64,000 bases of DNA from Mytilus trossulus (taxonomy: Eukaryota). This document shows, piece after piece, positions 24,101 through 35,590 of this stretch. The position numbers were made by a program, and so were the translations under genes. A model generated the notes under the pieces. That model did not search any database. It was not told where the DNA came from and saw nothing but the letters and a program-made list of their open reading frames with translations. The stretch covers positions 35,650,001 through 35,714,000 of the forward strand of contig NC_086379.1 in the NCBI RefSeq assembly GCF_036588685.1, in the 5' to 3' direction. Position 1 is the first letter of the stretch; every line of letters starts with the position of its first letter.

Positions 24101-27100
24101 GGCTATAATTAGTAAGTAGACACAGAAATCATGGTACCTACGTGTAGTTATAGAATGGGAGTGCCAAGTATGGGATATGGTGAGGCTATAATTAGTAAGT
24201 AGACACAGAAATCATGGTACCTACGTGTAGTTATAGAATGGGAGTGCCAAGTATGGGATATGGTGTGGCTATAATTAGTAAGTAGACACAGAAATCATGG
24301 TACCTACATGTAGTTATAGAATGGGAGTGCCAAGTATGGGATATGGTGTGGCTTTAATTAGTAAGTAGACACAGAAATCATGGTACCTACATGTAGTTAT
24401 AGAATGGGAGTGCCAAGTATGGGATATGGTGAGGCTATAATTAGTAAGTTGATACAGAAATCATGGTACCTACGTGTAGTTATAGAATGGGAGTGCCAAG
24501 TATGGGATATGGTGTGGCTATAATTAGTAAGTAGACACAGAAATCATGGTACCTACATGTAGTTATAGAATGGGAGTGCCAAGTATGGGATATGGTGAGG
24601 CTATAATTAGTAAGTAGACACAGAAATCATGGTACCTACATGTAGTTATAGAATGGGAGTGCCAAGTATGGGATATGGTGAGGCTATAATTAGTAAGTAG
24701 ATACAGAAATCATGGTACCTACGTGTAGTTATAGAATGGGAGTGCCAAGTATGGGATATGGTGTGGCTATAATTAGTAAGTAGACACAGAAATCATGGTA
24801 CCTACATGTAGTTATAGAATGGGAGTGTCAAGTATGGGATATGGTGTGGCTATAATTAGTAAGTAGACACAGAAATCATGGTACCTACCTACATGTAGTT
24901 ATAGAATGGGAGTGCCAAGTATGGGATATGGTGTGGCTATAATTAGTAAGTAGACACAGAAATCATGGTACCTACGTGTAGTTATAGAATGGGAGTGCCA
25001 AGTATGGGATATGGTGAGGCTATAATTAGTAAGTAGACACAGAAATCATGGTACCTACGTGTAGTTATAGAATGGGAGTGCCAAGTATGGGATATGGTGA
25101 GGCTATAATTAGTAAGTAGATACAGAAATCATGGTACCTACATGTAGTTATAGAATGGGAGTGCCAAGTATGGGATATGGTGTGGCTATAATTAGTAAGT
25201 AGACACAGAAATCATGGTACCTACATGTAGTTATAGAATGGGAGTGCCAAGTATGGGATATGGTGTGGCTATAATTAGTAAGTAGACACAGAAATCATGG
25301 TACCTACATGTAGTTATAGAATGGGAGTGCCAAGTATGGGATATGGTGAGGCTATAATTAGTAAGTAGACACAGAAATCATGGTACCTACATGTAGTTAT
25401 AGAATGGGAGTGCCAAGTATGGGATATGGTGTGGCTTTAATTAGTAAGTAGACACAGAAATCATGGTACCTACGTGTAGTTATAGAATGGGAGTGCCAAG
25501 TATGGGATATGGTGTGGCTATAATTAGTAAGTAGATACAGAAATCATGGTACCTACGTGTAGTTATAGAATGGGAGTGCCAAGTATGGGATATGGTGAGG
25601 CTATAATAAGAAGTAGACACAGAAATCATGGTACCTACATGTAGTTATAGAATGGGAGTGCCAAGTATGGATATGGTGTGGCTATAATTAGTAAGTAGAC
25701 ACAGAAATCATGGTACCTACATGTAGTTATAGAATGGGAGTGCCAAGTATGGGATATGGTGTGGCTATAATAAGAAGTAGACACAGAAATGATGGTACCT
25801 ACATGTAGTTATAGAATGGGAGTGCCAAGTATGGGATATGGTGTGGCTATAATTAGTAAGTAGACACAGAAATCATGGTACCTACATGTAGTTATAGAAT
25901 GGGAGTGCCAAGTATGGGATATGGTGAGGCTATAATTAGTAAGTAGACACAGAAATCATGGTACCTACATGTAGTTATAGAATGGGAGTGCCAAGTATGG
26001 GATATGGTGTGGCTATAATTAGTAAGTAGATACAGAAATCATGGTACCTACATGTAGTTATAGAATGGGAGTGCCAAGTATGGGATATGGTGTGGCTATA
26101 ATAAGAAGTAGACACAGAAATCATGGTACCTACATGTAGTTATAGAATGGGAGTGCCAAGTATGGGATATGGTGAGGCTATAATTAGTAAGTAGACACAG
26201 AAATCATGGTACCTACATGTAGTTATAGAATGGGAGTGCCAAGTATGGGAAATGGTGAGGCTATAATTAGTAAGTAGACACAGAAATCATGGTACCTACG
26301 TGTAGTTATAGAATGGGAGTGCCAAGTATGGGATATGGTGTGGCTATAATTAGTAAGTAGACACAGAAATCATGGTACCTACATGTAGTTATAGAATGGG
26401 AGTGCCAAGTATGGGATATGGTGTGGCTATAATTAGTAAGTAGACACAGAAATCATGGTACCTACGTGTAGTTATAGAATGGGAGTGCCAAGTATGGGAT
26501 ATGGTGTGGCTATAATTAGTAAGTAGACACAGAAATCATGGTACCTACATGTAGTTATAGAATGGGAGTGCCAAGTATGGGATATGGTGAGGCTATAATT
26601 AGTAAGTAGATACAGAAATCATGGTACCTATGTGTAGTTATAGAATGGGATTGCCAAGTATGGGATATGGTGTGGCTATAATTAGTAAGTAGACACAGAA
26701 ATCATGGTACCTACGTGTAGTTATAGAATGGGAGTGCCAAGTATGGGATATGGTGTGGCTATAATTAGTAAGTAGACACAGAAATCAAGGTACCTACCTA
26801 CATGTAGTTATAGAATGGGAGTGCCAAGTATGGGATATGGTGTGGCTATAATTAGTAAGTAGACACAGAAATCATGGTACCTACATGTAGTTATAGAATG
26901 GGAGTGCCAAGTATGGGATATGGTGAGGCTATAATTAGTAAGTAGACACAGAAATCATGGTACCTACGTGTAGTTATAGAATGGGAGTGCCAAGTATGGG
27001 ATATGGTGAGGCTATAATTAGTAAGTAGACACAGAAATCATGGTACCTACGTGTAGTTATAGAATGGGAGTGCCAAGTATGGGATATGGTGTGGCTATAA

Positions 27101-30100
27101 TTAGTAAGTAGATACAGAAATCATGGTACCTACATGTAGTTATAGAATGGGAGTGCCAAGTATGGGATATGGTGTGGCTATAATTAGTAAGTAGATACAG
27201 AAATCATGGTACCTACATGTAGTTATAGAATGGGAGTGCCAAGTATGGGATATGGTGTGGCTATAATTAGTAAGTAGACACAGAAATCATGGTACCTACG
27301 TGTAGTTATAGAATGGGAGTGCCAAGTATGGGATATGGTGTGGCTATAATTAGTAAGTAGATACAGAAATCATGGTACCTACATGTAGTTATAGAATGGG
27401 AGTGCCAAGTATGGGATATGGTGTGGCTATAATTAGTAAGTAGACACAGAAATCATGGTACCTACATGTAGTTATAGAATGGGAGTGCCAAGTATGGGAT
27501 ATGGTGTGGCTATAATAAGAAGTAGACACAGAAATGATGGTACCTACATGTAGTTATAGAATGGGAGTGCCAAGTATGGGATATGGTGTGGCTATAATTA
27601 GTAAGTAGACACAGAAATCATGGTACCTACATGTAGTTATAGAATGGGAGTGCCAAGTATGGGATATGGTGAGGCTATAATTAGTAAGTAGACACAGAAA
27701 TCATGGTACCTACATGTAGTTATAGAATGGGAGTGCCAAGTATGGGATATGGTGTGGCTATAATTAATAAGTAGATACAGAAATCATGGTACCTACATGT
27801 AGTTATAGAATGGGAGTGCCAAGTATGGGATATGGTGTGGCTATAATAAGAAGTAGACACAGAAATCATGGTACCTACATGTAGTTATAGAATGGGAGTG
27901 CCAAGTATGGGATATGGTGAGGCTATAATTAGTAAGTAGACACAGAAATTATGGTACCTACATGTAGTTATAGAATGGGAGTGCCAAGTATGGGAAATGG
28001 TGAGGCTATAATTAGTAAGTAGACACAGAAATCATGGTACCTACGTGTAGTTATAGAATGGGAGTGCCAAGTATGGGATATGGTGTGGCTATAATTAGTA
28101 AGTAGACACAGAAATCATGGTACCTACATGTAGTTATAGAATGGGAGTGCCAAGTATGGGATATGGTGAGGCTATAATTAGTAAGAAGACACAGAAATCA
28201 TGGTACCTACGTGTAGTTATAGAATGGGAGTGCCAAGTATGGGATATGGTGTGGCTATAATTAGTAAGTAGACACAGAAATCATGGTACCTACATGTAGT
28301 TATAGAATGGGAGTGCCAAGTATGGGATATGGTGAGGCTATAATTAGTAAGTAGACACAGAAATCATGGTACCTACATGTAGTTATAGAATGGGAGTGCC
28401 AAGTATGGGATATGGTGTGGCTATAATTAGTAAGTAGATACAGAAATCATGGTACCTACATGTAGTTATAGAATGGGAGTGCCAAGTATGGGATATGGTG
28501 TGGCTATAATTAGTAAGTAGACACAGAAATCATGGTACCTACATGTAGTTATAGAATGGGAGTGCCAAGTATGGGATATGGTGTGGCTATAATTAGTAAG
28601 TAGACACAGAAATCATGGTACCTACATGTAGTTATAGAATGGGAGTGCCAAGTATGGGATATGGTGAGGCTATAATTAGTAAGTAGACACAGAAATCATG
28701 GTACCTACATGTAGTTATAGAATGGGAGTGCCAAGTATGGGAAATGGTGAGGCTATAATTAGTAAGTAGACACAGAAATCATGGTACCTACGTGTAGTTA
28801 TAGAATGGGAGTGCCAAGTATGGGATATGGTGTGGCTATAATTAGTAAGTAGACACAGAAATCATGGTACCTACATGTAGTTATAGAATGGGAGTGCCAA
28901 GTATGGGATATGGTGAGGCTATAATTAGTAAGTAGACACAGAAATCATGGTACCTACGTGTAGTTATAGAATGGGAGTGCCAAGTATGGGATATGGTGAG
29001 GCTATAATTAGTAAGTAGACACAGAAATCATGGTACCTACGTGTAGTTATAGAATGGGAGTGCCAAGTATGGGATATGGTGTGGCTATAATTAGTAAGTA
29101 GACACAGATTTCATGGTACCTACGTGTAGTTATAGAACGGGAGTGCCAAGTATGGGATATGGTGTGGCTATAATTAGTAAGTAGACACAGAAATCATGAT
29201 ACCTACATGTAGTTATAGAATGGGAGTGCCAAGTATGGGATATGGTGTGGCTATAATTAGTAAGTAGACACAGAAATCATGGTACCTACATGTAGTTATA
29301 GAATGGGAGTGTCAAGTATGGGATATGGTGTGGCTATAATTAGTAAGTAGACACAGAAATCATGGTACCTACATGTAGTTATAGAATGGGAGTGCCAAGT
29401 ATGGGATATGGTGTGGCTATAATTAGTTAGTAGACACAGAAATCATGGTACCTACATGTAGTTATAGAATGGGAGTGCCAAGTATGGGATATGGTGTGGC
29501 TATAATTAGTAAGTAGACACAGAAATCATGGTACCTACGTGTAGTTATAGAATGGGAGTGCCAAGTATGGGATATGGTGAGGCTATAATTAGTAAGTAGA
29601 CACAGAAATCATGGTACCTACGTGTAGTTATAGAATGGGAGTGCCAAGTATGGGATATGGTGTGGCTATAATTAGTAAGTAGACACAGAAATCATGGTAC
29701 CTACGCTCGTATCTATAAAGATGTCTGTATTAACAATGCCATTCCAAGCGCACAACGCCTATTGAACTCTAATTTGAGAAGTATTGTCAACGCAATTGGT
29801 AACGACAAGCTTGAGATCAGAGGATCAGTGGTAAGGGCTAGACACGATAAAAGTACACGTGACACCTACACCAATACACAAAGACGTGGAGACCGAGACG
29901 ATACGATAGTCAATAATGTGAGTGGTAATCGTGGCTATTACAGACGAAATGATCGTGGGCGTGGAAACACTAGAGGTGGAAATAGCCATAACACGGATCA
30001 AAGGTCAACCTATAGAAATGGACAATCTACCAATGATAACCATAATCAGTCAGAAAGGAATTTGAACGGTCGGGGACGAGGAAATTACAGAGGTCAGAAC

Positions 30101-33100
30101 GGAGGTCATAATCAGAATAGCCGTGATGGGCATAAATAGGTAAACTGCGGATTTTGGAATATTAATGGTTGGAAGTCTGATGTAAATAGCGATAAATATA
30201 TGTTTTTAATCTCATGTGTAAAACATTATGATTTAGATATACTTGGACTAGCGAAGACGCATCTTACTGGGGATAACGTTATTAGCGTTGAAGGTTATCA
30301 GTGGTTTGGTCTTAATCGTAAACATATTCATGTCAGAGCAAAATCCGGATCGGGTGGTGTTGGAATTTTAATACGAAATAGCATATGCAATGAATTTGAT
30401 GTTACAATTGCAGATAATGACACTGAGGGAATTTTATGGATTAAACTTGAGAACAAAACCAATGCCAATAACGTTCTTTATGTCTGTGTTGTTTATCTTC
30501 CTCCCGAAAATTCCACACGTGCAGTTAACGTTCATGAATTCTTTGACAACTTAATGACTAAAGTATACACTGTTCCTCAAGGAAACCCCTTCTATATGTG
30601 TGGTGACTGGAATAGCCGATGTTCGGACTTCGTTGATTCAATCACTGGTATTGATAATCTTCCTGACAGACATGTTGTAGACTTTCAGTGTAACAGTTAT
30701 GGGAAGGTCTTTTGTGAATTTCTTACAGATATTAGCTGTTGTATTTTAAATGGAAGAAATACCCTACTAAATGACTACACCTATGTATCTACCCGCGGTC
30801 TGAGCGTTGTGGATTACTGCGTAGTACCGTACGAAATGCTGGATATTTTCAACAAATTTAAAGTTACAAGAACTAGTTTAATTATAGAGCAAATATGTGC
30901 TAATGGTAAATTTGATCTTCAGAAAATTATTCCAGATCATTCTCTACTGACTTGGGAAATAACGTTGAAATTTAGTCAAAGTAATAAAAATGCTGCGCAA
31001 CCAAAAAACAATCGTAAAACTAAAACCAAATATGACATCAAAATATACCAGAAGACTGGCTCAGTTCCGAATCTGCTCTGAATGATATTGATATTATTAT
31101 TCAAAATTTGGAATTTTCAAATGTAACGCAAGACAAGATTAACAATATGTATGATGCATTTGTGAATGTTATTAAAACGGAAATGTCTACAAAATTATCA
31201 TCTAAAGTGATTGTCTTATCCGACGGCGTAAATAACAAAAGAAGGAGATGTAAGAAACCTTGGTGGAGTGAGGAGTTAACTGAATTATGGAACGACGTTT
31301 GTGCATCCGAAAAAATATGGATAAAGTGTAAAATTCAAAATCAGAAAAAGTTTTTTCAACAAGTATTTGTGAATAAAAGGAAACTATTTGATAAAGCGGT
31401 TCAAAAGGCAAAATGCCAATATTGGTACTCCATGCAGGAAGAATTGAGTAATTCGTGTGGAAACCCAAAAGAGTTTTGGCGAAAAATTGGAAAAATTGGT
31501 GTAGGTAGTGAGCGCCAAAATTATATTCCTATGGAAGTAAAATTAGATAATGGTCAAATTTCTAGTGATAAAGATGAAGTTTTAAATAAATGGAAGTGTG
31601 ATTTCTCTAATATGTTTAATAGAAATGATGATAGTGATGTAAATATATGTGAAAATGATGTAGATGTTATATATGATGATATGTTAGATTGTGAAATATT
31701 TGTGGAAGAAGTATTTAATGTTTTAAAAAGTTCCAAAAATGGTAAATCACCAGGATATGACGAAATACCAGTTGAATTGTATAAGAACCAAACTATGTTA
31801 AATGCACTAACTAGAGTATTCAATATTTGTTTTGACTCTGGTAAAGTTCCAGCAATGTGGTCAAAAGGGATTATAATGCCTATTCCAAAAAGCTCAACAT
31901 CAGATCCGAGAGATCCCTTGTCGTACCGTGGTATAACTTTGGCACCAGTTTCCTACAAATTGTATTGTGGAGTATTGAACTCTCGACTAACATATAAGCT
32001 TGATGATATTGACTTCTTATGTGACGAGCAAAATGGTTTTAGAAAAGGACGTAGTACTGTTGACCATTTAAGTACATTGGCTACTATTATAGAAACTAGA
32101 AAACTTCGTAAACAATCAACAGATGTGGCATTCATTGATTTCAAAAAAGCTTACGATTGGATAAATAGAAATTTATTATTTTGTAAATTAAAAACACTTG
32201 GTATTAGTTCAAAAATGTTAAAATCACTTTATTCTCTTTATAACAATGTACAGGCTTGTGTTAAAGTAAATGGTAACTTAACCGATTGGTTTGACGTAAA
32301 TTGTGGTCTAAAACAAGGGTGTATCCTTTCGCCTTTATTATTTAATATTTATATTAATGATCTTGTTGATGAGGTCAAGAAATTGAACATAGGTATAGAC
32401 ATTGAAAATGATAAAGTTAGCATGTTGTTATATGCAGATGATCTTGTTTTTATCACTGAGAATGAGAGTGATTTACAAAAAATATTAGATGTTTTGAATA
32501 TATGGTGTTGTACTAATGACCTAACTGTTAACTTAGAAAAATCTAAAATAGTACATTTTAGAACACAGTCTGTATCTAAATCAAATTTTTCATTTTTGTT
32601 TAATGGTAACAATGTAGATATTGTTTCCCAATACACATATTTAGGTTTATTGTTTACTGAGCATTTAAGCTATGATAATATGGCAAAAGCAGTTGCTAAA
32701 GCCGCCAGTAGATCGTTGGGTCTGTTAATATCCAAATGTAAAGCTAATGGTGGATTTCAATATTGTACATTTACAAAATTATTTGATACACTTGTATGGT
32801 CTGTAATAGATTATGGTGCCTCTATATGGGGAACACGTGATTTTTCATGTATAAATAGTATTAAAAATAGAGCCATGCGTTTTGTCATGGGTGTAGGAAA
32901 ATACACGCCTAATATGTCTTTGTATGGTGACATGGGCTGGATGCCATGTAAAATCAAACAGTGGACTAGTGTTTTTAGAAACTGGACACGTTTTAATAAA
33001 ATGAATGATGATAGAGTAAATAAAAAAGTGTTTATATGGGGTAACACATGTAAAAAAGTAAAAAATTGGCATTTTAGAGTCAAAAATAAGTTTAAAGAAC

Positions 33101-35022
33101 TTGATATGGAATATTTGTGTAATGGTGCTATTTTGAACAAGGATTTAATTAAGAATATTGAAAATGTATGTTTTGAAAAATTTAAGGGAGAATGGTATGA
33201 CAAGATTATGTCAGATGATAAAAATAAATTACGTACATATAGAATGTTTAAAAATGTATATGGCGTAGAAAATTATTTAATTTTTAATATACCAGGTAGA
33301 TACAGGAGTGCTTTAGCAAAATTTAGATGCGGTGTAGCACCCATCAGAATTGAAACTGGTCGTTATGAGAATATTGATATTGAAAATAGATTATGTTTTA
33401 ACTGTACTGATGACGTTGAAGATGAAAAACATGTTTTGTTAAACTGTCCTGTATATTCAGAGATTCGTAATGTTATTTTTAACCATGCTAGTATTGTTGA
33501 TGAGAATTTTTTACATATGTCTGATAATGAGAAATTTATATTTCTTTTTACAAATGAAAATATGGTATTTTATACTGCCAAAATCTGCTATGAAATTTTA
33601 ATAAAGCGAAAATGTATTTTATATTCGTGATAGTTGACTTAAGTTGTATTTGTATTATAATTTAAAAAAATTGTTTTATAGTCTCTCATAACTCTTTATA
33701 GAGTGGCTCTTGTTGTTAATTTGTGTTTTAAAAAGCTGTATATTTTATATGTAACAAGTGGTGAGACTTTAATAAAGTATTTGTCTTGTCTTGTCTTGTC
33801 TGTAGTTATAGAATGGGAGTGCCAAGTATGGGATATGGTGAGGCTATAATTAGTAAGTAGACAGGAAAAGAGACACTCTAATTAGTAGGTAATTATCAGG
33901 AAAAACCACATGTCCCCATTCAAAAGTGTTGATTTTTTAAATAGAAAATAAGGGAGGGGGGGGGGGGGTTCAAACCCCTCAGAACTCCATCTGCCACTGA
34001 ATGTTCCTTAGCATATAAGGAATTAATGACATTCATGACATTACACTGAATAGTGTAAATCAAGAACTTGTGGGATATTTTTTTTTCCGTGGGATTCACT
34101 CCAATAATAGTGATTTAATTTATCAATGGTTCTTTCGACAGTTTTAAATCACTGTTTCATAGCTAGGCACTACTAAATAGAAGGATGACTGATGCACTAT
34201 ATACTAAATATCTCTTTAATTGAATAATTTCAATATGAAAAATAAATATAGTTTTGACACCTGGCATTAAAACAGATGGTAGACCAATTAGAGTTACATG
34301 TTTAAACTTGCATTTAAATAATAGGATTGGAAACTGTTACTTCTTTTAATGTGTTGACCTTAATAACTACATATAATTAGTGCTATTGTTTTTTTCTTCA
34401 AATTGAATTGCATTTGATTGAATTGAATTTTTTCATTTCCTTGAACTGAATTTTGTTTTGGTAGATTCATCTTAAGCTCTTATTAAACCAAATTAGATCA
34501 CAGCCCAAATTACTCAATTTATGTTATCATGGTGATAAATTAATGAAATGTAAAGTACAAGTTTTAAAAGAATCTAGTGTCTTAAGACATACCTGCCAGT
34601 GGTCACTGTTTAATTGAGGGATTAAAGTTGTTGATTTACAAACCAACGAATCTGTTTTTCTAAATTTTTTCATGAAAAATTTATGTTGAAATTATTTTTT
34701 TTCCCACTGCTAATCAAAGGGGACAATAAGTGTCACTCTTGACTGAACATCTGTCTTTCCAACTGTCCTTCTCTTTGTCCCATTTTATTAGCAAAATGTT
34801 TTTTGTTTAATGTATAAGATGAACTATTTACAGTGATGTGTTTTTGTCCTCAAAATTTGCCAAAGATACATTTTTATTTGAAATTTTTCAGGAAAGAATG
34901 GTGAATTGTCATATACAATTTTATGGACACCAGCGAGATACAAAATGTTATATGGATATCTGGTGGCAATATGTGTGTGTTTACTAGTCTGTCTGACCTC
35001 CAGGTTGTTTAGAAAGAGATGA
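15132..35022 (+). CDS. MPPE1/PGAP5/Cdc1-like calcineurin-type metallophosphoesterase with N- and C-terminal TM helices, about 358 aa; join(15132..15274, 16340..16450, 17151..17313, 18133..18270, 18829..18969, 21995..22045, 23332..23530, 34892..35022)
   Basis: Eight exons with GT-AG introns and consistent phases give a 1077-nt CDS. N-terminal anchor IILTIIIGTVLFNECFIYII..WP; motifs SDPQLQG, RWDIDRYL, FLGDLIDEG, PGDNDIGGE, LTH, RPHLIFSGHWH, PTCSYRMG; C-terminal TM YGYLVAICVCLLVCL. Orthology to MPPE1 itself versus a paralogue is not established. Confidence 0.9.
15680..15930 (-). repeat. Abundant interspersed repeat, related to copies at about 5275-5360 and 10410-10630
   Basis: Reverse complement contains agatgtggtgtgagtgccaatgagacaactct...ccattataggttaaagtacggccttcaacacggagcc, similar to the 5277 and 10410 copies. 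Confidence 0.65.
17354..17962 (+). mobile_element. Two adjacent short Helentron/HINE-like non-autonomous elements (about 17354-17610 and 17682-17962)
   Basis: Both begin tttttatgc(c/t)cc..gggcattatgttt, carry GTCC-rich simple repeats and share the 3' end catggtccactgaacataga..gtgc..tggggcatc..gggacacatt. Confidence 0.65.
20992..21784 (+). mobile_element. Helentron/HINE (DINE-1/Pearl-like) non-autonomous element with an internal ~165-bp tandem repeat
   Basis: 5' tttttatacgcccg with its inverted partner cgggcgtat near the 3' end; (GTCC)n microsatellite; internal units starting ggacaataact at about 21060, 21221, 21389 and 21549; 3' hairpin tgcgctaaagcgca. Confidence 0.75.
23457..29705 (+). repeat. 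83-bp tandem array, about 75 units, made of the last ~74 nt of coding exon 7 plus its GTAAGTAGA donor region; continues at 33801-33863 after the LINE
   Basis: Unit CACAGAAATCATGGTACCTACATGTAGTTATAGAATGGGAGTGCCAAGTATGGGATATGGTGTGGCTATAATTA|GTAAGTAGA, period 83 (23458 to 23541). The first unit is the real exon end (TEIMIPTCSYRMGVPSMGYGVAII). Confidence 0.97.
29706..30139 (+). CDS. C-terminal fragment of LINE ORF1 with an RG/N-rich low-complexity tail
   Basis: Open frame ..RIYKDVCINNAIPSAQRLLNSNLRSIVNAIG...RGRGNTRGGNSH...RGRGNYRGQNGGH, ending at TAG 30137-30139. Confidence 0.65.
30140..33630 (+). pseudogene. LINE ORF2 (apurinic endonuclease + reverse transcriptase + C-terminal CCHC), one frameshift near 31040
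   Basis: EN motifs FWNING, GGVGIL, VYLPP, GDWNSR, VDY, PDH; RT motifs KSPGYDEI, YRGITL, QNGFRKGRST, FIDFKKAYD, GLKQGCILSPLLF, YADDLV, YLG; C-terminal CFNC..EDEKHVLLNC. Confidence 0.93.
33801..33863 (+). repeat. Final partial 83-bp unit of the exon-7/donor array
   Basis: tgtagttatagaatgggagtgccaagtatgggatatggtgaggctataattagtaagtagaca, followed by unique intron sequence. Confidence 0.95.
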
Positions 35023-35590
35023 CATCAGAAGAAACTCTAAAAGTATGGGTGATTTCAGCCAGCATTATATACTACAATGACAAAACCAATCTAATATCAA
35101 ATTTGTTAAAATTGAACCAGTATTATGATACATGTATATGAACATTTTCCCAATTTTTTGGAAAATATGACAATATTATATATTTTTACATCCTAGCCAA
35201 GATTTCTGCTGGCTTTATATTTATATTTTGTACCTTTGATCATATTATTAAAATATTATTTGAATATACAGTACATTAATATTGTACCAAAACAGCTGCT
35301 TGGTATAAAATGTTTATTATTGACATGAAATTTTTTTTTAAATTGGAATATAAGCTGGTATCTTTAGACTGGTAGTATATTTTTGCTATGGTTTAGAATT
35401 TTTACAAAAATAATGACATTTTAAAGGACCAAAATTGCTCATACAAAATATACATGACAAGTCCATTCTCAATTTAAAGACAAGAGCTTAGATATTATTT
35501 TTTTGTATAGAACATGCATATCCAATATATTTCAATGCAGTATGGAAATGGTTTTTGTTCTCCTAATTGATTGCTTTGTTATAAATACCA

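Larger units (their letters stand above)
29706..33800 (+). mobile_element. 5'-truncated, young non-LTR retrotransposon (APE-RT-CCHC; RTE-X-like, clade tentative) with a (TTGTC)n tail, inserted in the 83-bp array
   Basis: ORF1 C-terminus followed by ORF2; AATAAA then (TTGTC)4 tail ending at 33800. Flanks ...GGTACCTACG and TGTAGTTATAG... reconstitute one intact array unit. Confidence 0.93.

Noticed and set aside
23457-29705. CRISPR array
   Set aside because: Units are head-to-tail with no unique spacers, no cas genes are present, and the context is eukaryotic; the unit is a duplicated exon/intron junction.
23457-29705. Array as a set of alternative cassette exons or a repeat-coding ORF
   Set aside because: The period of 83 is not a multiple of 3, each unit carries stops, and no polypyrimidine tract or intron of spliceable length lies between units.
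31202-33203. Minus-strand ORFs within the LINE (and plus-strand ORFs 1984-2559 opposite RecQ)
   Set aside because: Antisense shadows of real coding sequence with no independent motifs.
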